Positions 12,580 to 26,025 of a stretch of DNA of 64,000 bases are shown here, one piece after another. This DNA comes from Felis catus. Lineage: Eukaryota. The stretch lies in NCBI RefSeq assembly GCF_018350175.1, contig NC_058368.1, forward strand, positions 79,238,001 through 79,302,000, in the 5' to 3' direction. Each line of letters begins with the position of its first letter. Position 1 is the stretch's first letter. The position numbers and the translations under genes were made by a program. Under the pieces are notes generated by a model that made no database searches, was not told the DNA's origin, and saw only the letters and a program-made list of their open reading frames with translations.

Positions 12580-12798
12580 GGGGATGCCTGGGGAGCTCAG
12601 TTGGTGAAGCGTCCGACTTTGGCTCAGGTCATGATCCCACGGTTCATGAGTTTGAGCCCCGCATCAGGCTCTGTGCTGACAGCTCAGAGCCTGAAGCTGC
12701 TCTGGATTCTGTGTCTCCCTCTCTCTTTTCCCCTCCCCTGCTCACACTCTGTGTCTCTCTCTCTCAAAAATAAATAAAAATTAAAAAATTAAAAAAAA
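12580..12798 (+). mobile_element. Can-SINE
   Basis: TSD TAAAGTGCACAGAGG at 12566-12580 and 12799-12813. Confidence 0.95.
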
Positions 12799-13412
12799 TA
12801 AAGTGCACAGAGGACTTTCTGAAAGATAAGTTCTAAGAAATTGGACTTTTAAGTGAAACATACAGGCTGGGTCTCAGGAGCCCTGAATAAAGCGAAAGAT
12901 CATGATAAGGTTTGTACATGTGGGTCTCACACCTGCCCAGGGGGCTCTGTGTGTGGAGATGCAGAGGACCAGAGGTCAGCTTCCCCAGGTGAGGTTAAGG
13001 GGACAGACCCACGTGCTTTATGAAGCCTCTATCCACTGGCACACTGTGAACCCAGAACCGTATGTTCTATGGTCAGCTATGATACGTAGTATTTTCAGTT
13101 ATTAGATATTCGTTACTAAATATTTAATGTTTGCCAAGGTTGTTTCTTCATGCAAACTAATTATGTGCAAGGGCCTTTTATTGCCAAGAACCGTACGCGG
13201 GTAAAACTAATTAGCATGGCAATAGCTGCCCCTTATCTAAGTAGGGTTATAAAAGATCAGGATAAATATTTAATTTTAATGCTGTTTTTAAGCTTTCCCT
13301 GATCACACAGGAAGCTCTGTGGAGGGGCCTTAGAAGCTCATGCACCGTAAACGAGTGACATAGAACACGTCACTAGGACAAAACCTGAGTTGGTAGAGTT
13401 TTCACTGGCACC

Positions 13413-14022
13413 TGTTAGGGGTCAAATTGTGTCTCCCTCAAAAAAGACATGTTGAGGGGCGCCTGGGTGGCTCATTCGGTGAAGCGTCCCAACTTCGGCT
13501 CAGGTCATGATCTCACAATCCATGAGTTTGAGCCCCGCATTGGGCTCTGTGTTGACAGCTCAGAGCCTGGAGCCTGCTTCGGATTCTGTGTCTCCCTCTC
13601 TCTCTGCCCCTCCCCCACTTGTGCACACTCTGTCTGTCACTCTCTCTTTCTCAATAAATAAATAAACATTAAAAAAAAAAAAACACATGTTGAAGTCCTC
13701 TAAACCACAGAAAGTGATCTTAGTTGAAGGTAATCTAGTTAAGATGCGGTCATTAGGGTGCGCCCTAATCCAACAGGATGGATGTGTGAAAGGGGATGTT
13801 GGACCCAGATGCGCCCCCAGGCGATCACCATGGTGGCTGGGTGCGCCACACGTGGGCAGGTGGATGCAAGAAGGTCAGGTTCCCCTCGCAGCCTTGGGAG
13901 GAGCCAGGCTTGTCCACACGCTGGCCGCAGACCCCTGTCCTCTAGAACCAACAGAGAATAAACTTCCCTTGTTGTCTGATCTTCCATCAGTGGTTATTTT
14001 GCCACAGCAGCCGGGAAACACC
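13413..14022 (+). mobile_element. MLT1B/C-like LTR interrupted by a SINE
   Basis: tgttaggggtcaaattgtgtctccc...catgttga[SINE]agtcct...agttaagatgcggtcattagggtgcgccctaatccaa...agaataaa...cagcagccgggaaac. Confidence 0.82.
13456..13680 (+). mobile_element. Can-SINE
   Basis: TSD aaaaagacatgttga / aaaaacacatgttga. Confidence 0.95.
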
Positions 14023-14292
14023 AGCTCGGCATCTCTGCTTATGGGCCACTGGCTGGGGATCTGGAATTGAGGGCCAAACTCATGAACCCTTGAGCCCTCT
14101 GACCCCTCTCCCCATGTCAGAGGCCTCCCAGACCCCACGTGTCTATCCCGGCATGAGCAATTAAGGAGAGTACATCTCCTCAGATTTGGCCTCCAAATGG
14201 GCCCTTTTCATGACCTGTTGGCTGCAGACTTTACCTTCAGCTTCTTAGTTAGATACTGAACATATTAAATAAAATTAGAAGGTCTCGCCTGA

Positions 14293-14498
14293 GGGGCACC
14301 TGGCTGGCTCCGTCGATTAAGCCTTTGACTCTTGACTGCAGCTCAGGTTACGATCTCATCGTTCATGGGTTCAAGCCCCAGGCTGGGCTCCGTGCTGTGA
14401 CTGTGGAACCTGCTTGGAATTCTCTCTCTGTCTCCCTCTCTGCCTCTCGTCTGCTCATGTTTTTTCTGTCTCTCTCAAAATAAATAAACTTTAAAAAA
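14293..14498 (+). mobile_element. Can-SINE, older
   Basis: GGGGCACCTGGCTGGCTC head, CT tract, AATAAATAAAC tail. Confidence 0.93.
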
Positions 14499-16999
14499 AG
14501 GAGGAGGGGGGGACTCCAGTGAACAGATCTGTAGCAACAGTGGGTCTTTCCAGCTGTGTCCGAGGTGACATAAAGATCAAGGGAAAAAGAAAGCCCTTAC
14601 AGATGACTCACCTGTCACAAAAAGGCAAGCTGGACTGAAAAAGAAGGAAAGACGAGAAAAGACAATGAAATGTATGCACTGGCTCTAACCACTCACAGGA
14701 GGAGGACATATTTTTGGCCACATATCACGCCAGGAATTCAGAGCAGGAGAAAACGACACATTCTAAGTTGAGTGCTTCCGATCTGTTTCCTGTCCTCAAT
14801 CACTTTACTCCTCAGTGGCCTCAGACACAGAGCAGTTCCCCTGGGACGGAAGAGATGCTGAGATGCCCTCTGGAGGAGCTGACCTGCGTCCGCTGAAGGG
14901 AGTGCCATCCTGGTCCTGATGTGACGTTTGGGACAGGCCCCGTGACACAAGTTCCCACTGAAGAATGACCTCGACTCTTTATCCACCTTGGTTGAATTCA
15001 TCTGATAATGTCCCGGGTTTCCACCCCCTTGGGCTGTTCTAAGCTTTGCTGTGAGATGTTAACATTCCACCATTAAATCAACCCCGGTGCATGTTAATAT
15101 CACTGCCAGGAAAGGAAAGCCCTCCCTCCAGTGTGTGTGCATCTGTGTACATCTTTCGCGTACGTCATCCCATATCCAAAACCTCTACGGCCGATGTGTC
15201 ACCACAAGAGGCAGGCTAATTTGTTAAAGACCCCTAATGTGGTAACAAGGCACCAGAATGCTAACTGACGGTGGATACCCGCCCCCAGTGACGTTACAAA
15301 GTGCCACAGGCAGGCGGAGGAAAGGTGGTCCAGCGCAGACACCTGCTGTTCCTGTCTTTGTTCTAATTCCTCTGGTGCCTGGGTTCTGAACAGCCTTGGC
15401 CCTGGTGCATTATGTTTCCCTCTGCACCCGGGCAGCGAGGGGGGTAAGAAGTGCAGAAAATGCTCACATCTGCCAGTGGCAGCAAGAGGCAGTGGCAAAA
15501 ATAGAAAAATCCATTTGAAGCATGTGGATCCCCAGTCCGACAGCCCCCGAACTGAAGTCGGCTGAAGGGAGGGGACAGGCAGATCCCCCATGAGGGGGAC
15601 CTGAGCGGTGCCACCTCAGCCAGGACGGGGGAGCCCATCTCTTCCAGGCACCCGAACCCAGGACAAGAGTTGCTGAAGCACAGGACATGCCAGCCTGAAA
15701 AAGGTCTCTCCGGGGCTCCCTGCTCCTCTCCAAACACGGAGGGAGAAGCTCGTGCTTTTTCTTGCTCCTTCGGTCCCCAGCTGGCACTTGAACCGCACTT
15801 GGTTTTGCTTATTCGACTCCTGGCTGAAATGACACATCAGCGTGCAAGCCTGAGGCTGGCTCAGGACCCCCTCTGTCACCTCCTTAATGAGGAGCCCCTT
15901 GTCCAAGAAGAAAAAAGCAAACCCAGTGCAGTGCACAGACACGAGCCAATGCAGTGGTCCCACAGGGAGACCCTCGAGGGGAGGACGGTGTCCCCCTGCC
16001 CTCCCTGTCCCTGCCCCTGGACAGCGGCCTCTCCCAGTTCCTGGGGCTGCTGTTGTAAACCTCCACCTTTTCCTCCGCGTCCTCACCCACCATTTCCTAA
16101 CCTAGCCTCCCCAGCTAGACCCCCTCCTACAGTCAATTTCCCCGCTCACGACAGTCTACCCCATTTCTCCGTGTTCTCTCCATCTCTTACACCGGGGATG
16201 GAGGAGGAAACGCACATATGTGGAGCACCTAGCAGGTGCCACGTGCACCGTTTCCAGCCCTCCATGAGATGGACCCCATGACACCGATGTCCTATTCCCG
16301 TGTCATCCAGCTGTGTCTCCCACAGGCAGGGATACGCCTGCAGTGGCTTTTCTTTCTTTCTCCAGGGTGGCAGGTGGACACATAGTCTCAACACGAGCAC
16401 GTCCTGTTCTTCCCCATTCCATGCTCTCAAGAGTCAAGGCACCTGGGACGAGGCATGCCACCATCTTCCCAGCATCTGTCCTTAGCATCTGTTCACAAAA
16501 GCCCAAGAACTGGCCTGGGAAACGGGGCCTTTGCTAGAAAGGCGGGGGTGGGGTGGGGAGAAGAGACAGAAAGGGCCATCGGGAAAGCTATCCTCTGCCC
16601 TGTGCTAGGGACTTTACACATCCCCATTTTAGAGAAAGGAAGTTCCTCAAGCTCCATATCCAGGAGAGGCTGATTTGTCTGACTCTACAGTCCTCTGAGG
16701 GCAGCGGTTAAATCACTTCATCTGGGAAATTCCTTTGCAAAGCAAATAAAGGCAGGGCTGTCCCCTTGGCGGGTAGCAGCCTGAAAAACCTCTCTGTTTT
16801 CCTTCCCAGGACACCTGTGCCCACCTACTCTCTAGAAAATTCCCTTCACTGGGCAGGAGGAATTCGAATCAAGTACTTCTCAACCCCTGGGCTGGATATC
16901 AGTGGAGGGCAGGGCATAGAACTGTATAAATCACAGATGTGGCTAGGGGTAAGGTACTTATACGTTTATACTCCTATTTTATTAAGAAAAATATTTTAG

Positions 17000-17219
17000 G
17001 GGCGCCTGGGTGGCTCAGTCGGTTAAGCGTCCGACTTCAGCTCAGGTCACGATCTTGCGGTCCGCGAGTTCGAGCCCCGCGTCGGGCTCTGGGCTGATGG
17101 CTCGGAGCCTGGAGCCTGCTTCCGATTCTGTGTTTCCCTCTCTCTCTGCCCCTCCCCCGTTCATGCTGTGTCTCTTTCTGTCTCAAAAATAAAATAAAAC
17201 GTTAAAAAAATTTAAAAAA
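17000..17219 (+). mobile_element. Young SINEC_Fc
   Basis: Perfect TSD AAGAAAAATATTTTAG at 16984-16999 and 17220-17235. Confidence 0.97.
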
Positions 17220-17624
17220 AAGAAAAATATTTTAGACACAGTGGTTTATTGGGCCAGTTGCGTGCAGGGCCATATCGAACTGCTCTGCACGTAAAACCAT
17301 CCCAGCGTTCCAGCCTAACGGGAAAAGTGTCTGCTTTGATACAAGTTTCACATCTTTAAGCAAATATTTTATGTGTTTTGATCATGTTCTCTGGAAGGTA
17401 TCGAGTTTTACACTTAGTATTGCATTTCGAGCATTTACCATATAATTTCAATATTATTCTGCCTATAGTTACATCTTATTGTAAGGTGCGCATAATCATT
17501 GAGCAGACAGCACGGTATTCTGCCGAAGAGCTAAATAATTGTGGTTTTAACTGTTCCTCTACTTTTTTCCCTTTCCATCTTATAAATCACTCCATTAAAC
17601 ATAACTTCTTCATCAAGCTTTATT

Positions 17625-17925
17625 TTCCTAGTTAGATGTACTGCCTTAGGATGCATTCCCAGAGAAGTATGCACTGGACCAAAGGCTATCTTTACTTAAT
17701 CACTACCTAGAAGGCTGTAGCCGGCATACTCCCACCCGAGGGTGAGAAGTCTGTTTTAACAGAACTATCATCGGTACCTATTACCATTTGGAATATTTTT
17801 GCCATTTGATCAGTGAGAGAAAAAAAAAAGTTGCTTGCTGTTTGTTTTCATTTACTCAATGCAGGAACCTGAGTATCTTCTGAGATGTTTGCTCACTGGT
17901 GGTATTTTCACTTTGTGTCTAACAA
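17625..17925 (-). mobile_element. Ancient L1M fragment
   Basis: Degenerate antisense ORF2-end phrases (ttaggatgcattcccag, actcccacc, ttttgccatttgatcagtgag, tgagtatctt). Confidence 0.55.
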
Positions 17926-19063
17926 GGAGGAACTGAAACGTGAAACGTCTGAAAAATCTGGGTGAAAAGCTTTCATTTTGTGATGAGTTTCCATATCTAC
18001 CACTGCCTCATCTATGGTCAACCACCCCCACTCCGCAGAGTCCCCAGGATGACGTGTGCCCCCAGCCCTGGGTTCCCACACACATGTGTCCCCACTGTGG
18101 CCCCTGTCTCTGAACATCAGGGTCGTGGCTCCCACCAGCACAGCGATACCATTGTCCTGGTGTCTTGGCATGGGAAGCTGGACAGACAAAACCTGTAAGG
18201 GACCCTCTTTGAGCAGAAACACTCCCTCTGAGGTCAAGGGTGTCGAGACTCCACCATGTTGCATGTTGCAAACATGGAACACAGGGGCTCAGCGGGGAGG
18301 GTGGGAAGCCGGTCACTCATACTTCTGACACCTGGTTCCCAGGGAGCATGGCCGCTTCTCTGAACTTTCTTCCCTTCTCCCTTCATCTGCCATGGAGGCT
18401 CCAACATTTCGAGCTCAACTTGGTGCGAGCCACGACTTTCTCCAAGTATCCGAGAGTCCTCACGACCTTCCCACCGTCTCCCACAGTCCTAAGGTGCCAA
18501 GTCTTATATCCCCGAGTTTCCTATCTGCACATTCCTTCCCTTCTCCCATGCGGTGTTCTTCCCCACTGTGATTAATGCCCTTGGAATTCATCCCCACACA
18601 GTCTCCTGGCTTCCGGAAATATCTGCGAGATCCCATGTGAAGTGCATTTCCTCCCTGGGCAGGTGCTACCCTTCCCCAGTGGGGCGATGTTCTGATGTGG
18701 AGGATGGGTGGGGACAGGTGGAGGTGTGACTGCAAGGCAGAGAACATCACGTGATCTTCAAGCAAGGCGACAGTGCCGGCCTTTAACAGGGACACGTAGT
18801 CCCCCTCGGCAGGTGCAGAGGGCTGACGGCTGTCCGTTTGTCCAGGGATTCAGGATTCAAGTTCATTGACCCAGTTTTCAGGGTCAGTTTCTATTTCGAA
18901 ATCAGAGTCTTGAGGACAGCGTAGCAAATTTACTGGGGTTGCGAACAGTCCCCTCTGGGACCCGCCACTCTAGGAACAATGGAGTGCTATCTGACTCTGG
19001 ATTCTCAGCTTCTTCTGCCCTCCAGCTGAAGACCAGGGTGATCTCTTTATATTTTGCCAGAAG

Positions 19064-19657
19064 CTGTCTTAGTCAGCTCAGTGTGCTGTAATGATAGGTA
19101 GATGGTGGGTAGGGAAGGGCTCACACAACAGACACTTCTTTCTCACAGCTCTGGAGGCTGGAAAGCCCAACATCAAATAACGGCAGACTCAGTTCCTGGT
19201 GAGAGCCCCCTTCCCGGCTTGCAGGGGCCACCTTCTCCCTGTGTCCCCATGTGGTGTCTCTTCCTGCTCTTACAAGGGTGCTACATCCATGGTGGCTCCA
19301 CACTCTGGGCTTTGTCCAAACCTAATCACCTCCTAATGTCCCCAGTTTTTAAAAAAATTGTTTTTAAATGTTTACTTATTTTTGAAAGAGAGAGAGAGAG
19401 AGACAGAGTGTGAGTGGGGGAGGGGCAGAGAGAGAGGGAGACACAGAATCCGAAGCAGGCTCCAGGTCCTGAGCTGTCAGCACAGAGCCTGACACAGGGC
19501 TGGAACTCAGGAATCATGAGATCATGACCTGAGCCAAAGTCGGATGCTTCACCGACTGAGCCACCCAGGCGCCTCTCCCAATGTCCCCACTTTTTAATAC
19601 TGGGAGTGAGGGTTTCAACTAGTGAACCTGGGGGGACACAAACATTCGGCCCATAGC
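19064..19657 (-). mobile_element. MLT1A-like LTR interrupted by a SINE
   Basis: tgtcttagtcagctc...ctcacagctctggaggctggaaa...cctaatcacctcc...gggggacacaaacattcggcccatagca. Confidence 0.87.
19345..19575 (-). mobile_element. Can-SINE
   Basis: AATGTCCCCA duplicated on both flanks. Confidence 0.95.
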
Positions 19658-19718
19658 ATTCTGACTCCCATGCTTGTCTTAAACTCACCACTCTTGCCTA
19701 CGTTGATTTTCTCTGAAG

Positions 19719-19923
19719 CAGGTTGTCTCCAGTTGGGCGCCATTGAGACCTGATCACTCTTTGTCTGGGGGGGACCGCCTTGTGTACCGTAGGGGGTGAG
19801 CAGCCTTTTTGGACTTTGCCAACCAAATGTCAGTCAGAACAACTCTTCCCCCCCCCTCAGCTGTGACATCTCTTCACCACAAATCCCCTGGGGAGCAAAC
19901 TGTCCCCTTGATGGGATCCATTG
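19719..19923 (-). mobile_element. MER20 (hAT-Charlie) DNA transposon
   Basis: ctctttgtctggggggg...tgtgtaccgtagg...agcagc...aaatgtcag...tgtgaca...aaatcccctggggagcaaactgtcccc matches the recalled MER20 consensus. Confidence 0.75.
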
Positions 19924-20384
19924 CTTTGACATAGCAAGAACCCTCGCAAGAAACACTGCATTCCATCATCCTTATGATTACTACTCCCTGGAGCCTGTGA
20001 AACACCCAAGACAACACATCAGCCTGAGTCCCTTTCCACCCCCACCCCAGCGTGGATCTCCTGGAATGGATGTTTTGCACACCCCTGTGCACTGGAGGCT
20101 GTCTGGGCTCTGAGCACCACAAGTGACGACTTTGGTGGCGGCTCAAATGGGGCAAGTCCCCAGAGGCCGACGCGGAGGCACACAGAAAGTGCGTTGGGAC
20201 TGGTGGCTGGGACAGGCGGCCGCGGGGGTCAGGAAGCAGTACTGTGCAGGAACAGAATGGCAGTTCAGGCATGACAGACGCCTCCCAGAGCTCACAGGGG
20301 CTTGTGGCTCTGGGATGGTCCCTGATGGTGCTGGGAGTCGTGGCAAAGGGGCTGAGTTTTTCTCTGTCACTGGAAAGACAGAGG

Positions 20385-20718
20385 TGCAACGGAGTGAGAG
20401 TTGTGTGCCCTCCTCATACATGTGCTGCAATCCCAGCCCTCAGTGTGATGATGTCAGGACGTGGGGCCTTGGGGAGGCAATTAGGTCACAAAGGTCTCGT
20501 GAGTGGGCTCGACGCTCTTGTAAAAGGGACCCCAGAGAGCTCACTTACCCTCTTTCCTCCACATGAGGACACAGGGGGAAGCTGGCCAGAGCCCCTCCAT
20601 GCCAGTACCCTGATCGCGGACTAGCTTCTGGTCTCCAGGAGTATGAGAAGTAAGCCTTGGCTCTTTAAGCCCCCGTTCTATGGTGTTTTTGTTACAGCAG
20701 CCAAAACGGGCTAAGACA
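20385..20718 (+). mobile_element. MLT1A-like LTR
   Basis: gtgtgatg...gtggggccttggggaggcaattaggtca...taaaagggacccc...atggtgtttttgttacagcagccaaaacgggctaagaca. Confidence 0.87.
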
Positions 20719-21289
20719 GAGGCGGCCCCAGAAGGCCTAGCCCTGGCTGGAGTAGCTCACTCTGGCTCAGGCGGTTCCCTAGGGGGGATCAGGCCACAGG
20801 GGCATGTGCGCCCCTCCTGCAGCGCTCTTTGGGCAGCTCCCCGCGACATTGGGGACCCAGACACCTAACCATGTGAAGCCTGTTACCCTAAACCCGCCTC
20901 TGTGCAGATGACCCCCGGGGCCAACTTCCTCTTGGCAGGCGGGCCGTGCTCCCTGCCCTGGGCTCCGGGCCACCGGGAGGACCCCCGCCCTTGTCCAACG
21001 CAGTTTATGTTTGCTTCATCAACAAGTGAATGAACCAATTAACAGCAGAGTGGTTGTATTTTTTCCTTTTTCCAAGCAAAATAAAACAACTCCTTACATA
21101 TTTACCAAGGCTAATTATGAGAGATGAAAAACATGTTTTCTCCTTTTGTGAAGCCTCTCCCGAGCTTAGAGGCCCGCCTGGCATCTTTCCGCTCTAGACA
21201 GCGCTGTCTCCCTCTGCGCCTCTGCTAATTCCTGCAGGGAGAGCGGCCACGTGGGAGGGGGGCCGCCGCGCGGCTCTGTGTCTTTCAGT

Positions 21290-21545
21290 GGTGTCTTGGG
21301 ACAGATTCCTTTGGCTCCATCTGCCAGATGCAATTGTGAATTGGACTTAAAGGTACAGCCTGAACACATTATCTAATTAATTAGCATCTAAAGGCTCTCT
21401 GAAGAAGAAATCGCTGGGCAGGCGGTGTGATACGAGAACATGCAAACGATTAAACGCCAGATTTGGGGAATGTGAGATATTTTAATGGGCGCCCAAATTT
21501 ATGTGCTCGCTGGAGCCCTAAGGATTCGGGACACCATTAACAGGT
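21290..21545. promoter_or_regulatory. Candidate enhancer / conserved non-coding element
   Basis: Repeat-free; CATCTG and CAGATG E-boxes, CTAATTAATTAG, ATGCAAA, GATTAA; conservation not tested. Confidence 0.35.
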
Positions 21546-22604
21546 GCTGGAAGGAAGCCCATTTTCCAGCTCAGGTTGGAAAACACGAACGACTCAAAGT
21601 CAAAGTCAGTCCTTAAGAATGTATTTTTATTGCTTACTAAATACACTGTTGGCCTGTTTTCTCTTACCAAAACTATGTCTTGTAGGAAAATGGAAACACG
21701 ATGATAATAGCCGTCTGTGCTCCGTGATGATACCAGGGAAGATGGCGCTAAACGCCATTAACACGGCACACGGTGTATCCTTCTCTGGCTCGCGATGTTT
21801 CCTGCGGAGTTTTGGCCTTCTGAATTTGTCCTCACCAAAACAAGTCAGCAGTGGAGGCAGGTAATGAGAAGATACATACTAGGAACATAATCTGAGTGAC
21901 CGAAGAGTTTCCAGTTGCATCAGAAAAGCAGGCCTATTTTTGGCTCTGGGGCTCAGCTCCCCGTCCCCTTCCCCGCCCCAGGAGCCCACTGTCATCTCTA
22001 CCCGAATCTAGACACATTGTGACCATAGCTTTTTGGCTCAGTGTGTAGAGTGGAGCCAGCGGTGACCCGGGACTTAGAAATGTTCTCTCCGCCGTTCCTG
22101 CCCTGGGATGACCTCAGTGACACCATGTGATCTCCAGCTGTTAAAATGCATATGACAAGTGCATACACTTCCTCACTGCCCAGAAATATGGCCCTAAGAC
22201 CCCTTCCCACCACCTGCGGACGTACGTGTAGAATGTGGCATCAGAGGGACCGTGACAGGCTCTTATGCCGACCTGCTCCTGCTGCGTGCACCTATGAGTG
22301 CCACATGGTCTGCTAGGAAGTCCCCCGGTGAGGACAGGACAGTCAGGGAAGCGTTTCTGTAGGGTGTATAACCAAGTTCACCCAGGTGCCAAGGGGAAAG
22401 TGGGCCAATTATCCTGCGAAGGCAAAGAGGAAACAAAGTCTCTCCTGTTCTTTCCGAGTAGAGCACCTCGATTCTCTGCTCGGTGCCCAGGTACCTGCTG
22501 AGAGCAGAGCCCCACCCGCCACCCCTTCTCCGCGACATCAGAGAGTCCTGCTCACCTGTTCACCTGGGAAAGCGGTTCAGCAACGCTTCGGAAGTGCTCG
22601 CAGA

Positions 22605-22812
22605 GGGGTACCTGGGGGGCTTGGTCGGTGAGGCATCCGACTTCGGCTCAGGTCACTATCTCGCGGTCTGTGAGTTTGAGTCCCACGTCGGGCTCTGTGC
22701 TGCCAGCTCGGGGCCTGGAGCCTGCTTCCGATTCTGTGTCTCCCTCTCTCTCTCTGCCCCTCCTCCGCTCATGTTCTGTCTCTCTCAAAAATAAATAAAC
22801 ATTAAAAACAAA
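22605..22812 (+). mobile_element. Can-SINE
   Basis: Full SINE body; degenerate TSD aagtg..cagaggg. Confidence 0.94.
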
Positions 22813-23935
22813 AGAAAGTGTGCACAGAGGGCCTGGGGTGCTGGCAAGCTTCTTCACCAGCACGGAGACCACGCAGGCTGTCCCCTCTTCTCTATAGTCA
22901 GGAGAGGTCGGGAGGGGGATTGCTGTCATCAGCTCACCTACAGACGACACTGACACCAACCAGCAGTGTGATTTGGACCAAAATGATAATAATGTTTCTC
23001 GGAAGAAGGTTGCCAAATACAGGAATCTCAATCTGTTGCTAACGCAGCCTTTTTGCACCACGTTGACCAAGAAGACCCTCAGACGGAGTGAAAAAGTCGG
23101 TTGTTCGCCATGGTTGAAAAAGCCTGGGGAGGCAACAATGTGTCATTGATCCGGGACAGTGATACCGATCTGGGCACATCTGTCTCTGTCTCCAGCTGAA
23201 AATGACACCACTGTGACTTCCTGTCACTAAAGCCCAACAGACTCTGCTTGGGGGGGGGGGGGGCGAGGAGGGGAGGCAGACCCACGGGCCCAGCTCCACT
23301 CCAAGCCGCACTTCGGGGGCCAGGCATCACTTGCCTTTTGGAGGAGGCACCTGTGGCTCTGGGCACAACACTGCCAATTCCCTGCACACCTTCCTTCCGG
23401 GGTAACTCGCCTTCATTTCCATTGGCTGCTATAACATCAATAGAACATTAAAAAAAGAAAAAAAGTAAAAATCGTACAAAATAAGCAATCAGAAATAAAA
23501 CAACCTTCAAGGAGAGTGGACCTTCTCAAGCTTTGCTCCTCAGGGTAAATGCTGTGATTTATACCTGTTGTTTTATCCGCGGTCCGCAGCACTGTGCTCG
23601 TGCAGAATACATTATAGCTGGAAGAAACATAAAATACTGTCGGCTCTGTTAATGCCCGTGCCCTGGCGGGAGAAAGTAAGACTGTGCAGGACACCCGGAA
23701 TTTTGCAAACCCCCATCTGGTCCTGGGCAGATACAGTTCTGACCTCAATGTTTTATTTGATTGTCCCTGAACAGCCATGCCGCTGTTAATTGTTACTTTC
23801 ACCCAGGGCTTTCAAAATATTTTGCAAATGTTAAATGAGTATCTCCGGTTGAATTAGAATGTTAAATGTTTAATGCTTAAGGTTGAGAATGTAATTATTT
23901 TAAGAGACATCAACTTGATATATGCTTTATTTTCT

Positions 23936-24158
23936 ATTTTTTTTAATGTTTATTAATTTATTTTTGAGAGAGAGAGAGAGATGGAGAGCAGGAGAGGAGG
24001 AGGAGGAGGAGGAGAGAGAGAGAGAGAGAGAATCCCAAGCAGGCTCAGCACTGTCAGCACAGAGCATGACATGGGGCTCGAACCCACCAACCGCGAGACC
24101 ATGACCTGAGCCAAAACTGAGAGTCAGACTCTTCACCTACTGAGCCCCCCAGGTGCCC
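23936..24158 (-). mobile_element. Can-SINE with expanded (GAG)n/(GA)n
   Basis: SINE body on minus strand; TTATTTTCT on both flanks. Confidence 0.93.
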
Positions 24159-24296
24159 TTATTTTCTCTATATTTTAATATGCACGATATGTGTATTTCT
24201 TTTTAGGCGAACCACAACTGGACTTACACTGTGGCAATAATAGGAAAGTAAGAGAGGCAAGAGGAAAAGACAAATAGCACCTACAGTAATGTTCAC

Positions 24297-24710
24297 TGTT
24301 GTGGGTTGAGTTGTGTTCCCAGAATGACATGTTCAAGCCCCAAGCAAGCCCCTGTGCATGTAACCTTGCTCAGACAGGGTCTTTGCAGATGTAATGCAGT
24401 TAAGATGCGATGTTAGGGTATACCCTAACCCACTGATCCGTGTCCTTATAAGAAGAGAGAAAAAAACAAAGACACACACATGTAATGATGGAGACAGAGA
24501 CCAGAGTCATGGCTCTACCAGACAAAGACTGCTAGCAACACTGGGGACTGAGAAACCCAGAACAGATTCTCCCTTAGAGAGTTCAGGGACATGGCCGTGT
24601 AGACACCTGGCTTTCAGACTCCTGGCCTCCACAACGGTGAAAGAATACACCTCTTTGTTTTAAGTGACCCAGTTTGTAGTAATCTGTAACAGCAGCCATA
24701 GGAAGTTGAC
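24297..24710 (+). mobile_element. MLT1B/C-like LTR
   Basis: tgttgtgggttgagttgtgttcccc...agggtctttgcagatgtaat...gtgtccttataagaagag...gattctcccttagag...acagcagccataggaa. Confidence 0.87.
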
Positions 24711-25429
24711 CTGGGCACCAAGGAATTAGTGCAAAGAGAGGCCGCGTCAGCCAGACCCCGCTGTGTCGTTAAGCTGGAAGCTCAAACAATTCTGCAGAGA
24801 AGCAAACGGTTTGACCAACCTTCCGAGAGAAAGTGATTTCTACTTTGGTGTGAGTTACTATAAAAGCAGAACCTGAGTTGCAGATTTGCATGAGTCGTTA
24901 ACATGAGAGGCAGTCCATAGCAGGGGTGTGGACACAGGAAAGGTGGGGTGGTCAATAGTTCAGGAGAGTGTTGGGGGCAATGGGGCACCTTCCTGCTGGG
25001 AGGCCACCCAGAGTCATCCAAAAGAGGGGGATTCAGTCACTCGGCCTCACTTCTGGTCTGCCCTCTGTGGGACAGAGACTATCCTCAGGCAGAATGTCCA
25101 GAACACCTAAAACATGGCGGAACATGGCACGTGGGGTAGCTGAGGGCATAAGCGTGGAGGTGTTGACAGCATCCGCCACGTCCCTTCCCGTCAGTGAGTC
25201 CACGTGTAACAGCACACAAGCACAACATCATCCTTAGTGAATTTGAGGGTGGTGTGGAGGGTCATAACCTGGGGAAATATTTTTAATTCCAAGAGGTTTT
25301 CTAAGAAGAGACAGTAAGGTAAAGGAGGCTGGGAATATTCAGAAGTGTCAATATTCGTATTGGCAAAAGAATATCTTAGAATATAGATATCTTAGAATGT
25401 AGATAATTTACGTGCTTCTTTCAGAAGTC

Positions 25430-26025
25430 CAGTCAATCCTCGTTATGTATAGATCCTGTATTGGCACACCCATCTGTTCATTAACATTTATTTGTAAGCC
25501 CCCACCCCTCCAAAACAAGACTCAAGACGGTTTTTCCTCTCACTCACGCACATGCACAGAGTGCCCCCAAATTTGTGTGGCCTGTCATGCATGTTCCCAG
25601 CTGAGGTGGAAACAGGCCACACCCTGCCTCTGCGTCTCAGTTCCCGGGCTGGGACAACGGTCATCTTTGTGGTATTTAGCGTCACGCCTTCCACATTTTG
25701 TGCTTCCTATTGGTAATTTCACTGTTCAAAATAGCCCCCACGTGTAGTCCTGCAGAGTTTCCAGTTGTTCCTAAATGCAAGAAGGCTGGGAGGAGACTTA
25801 CAGGGAAAATGCACGTTAGATAATGTTTGCTCATGCCAGATGTCTTCAAAGAGAAACACATATAGGACAAAAGTATGGACTGATTGATTGGTGAAAGTGT
25901 TGTAACCAGAGCTTGGAGGAACACGACCCAGTATTTCCCCTAGGAACAATGGCTCAGCCTTTGCTCATCCTGTGTTCATGGTGGCTTTATGGAATTTAAT
26001 CCCTGCTAATAATGAGAATTAGCTG
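25430..26025 (-). mobile_element. MER82-like (TcMar-Tigger) non-autonomous DNA transposon
   Basis: Imperfect TIRs cagtcaatcctcgttat / ataatgagaattagctg followed by TA; internal gttcctaaatgcaagaaggctg and tatttcccctaggaacaatgg match the recalled MER82 consensus. Confidence 0.8.

Noticed and set aside
15670..16281. Longest ORF (203 aa)
   Set aside because: Non-ATG start, Pro/Ser-rich with no recognisable domain, overlapped by similar ORFs on both strands; expected in GC-rich DNA
17010..17192. Recurrent ~60-aa ORFs (MAQSVKRPTSAQV..., MGQRETEHERGR...)
   Set aside because: Translations of SINE sequence, not a gene family
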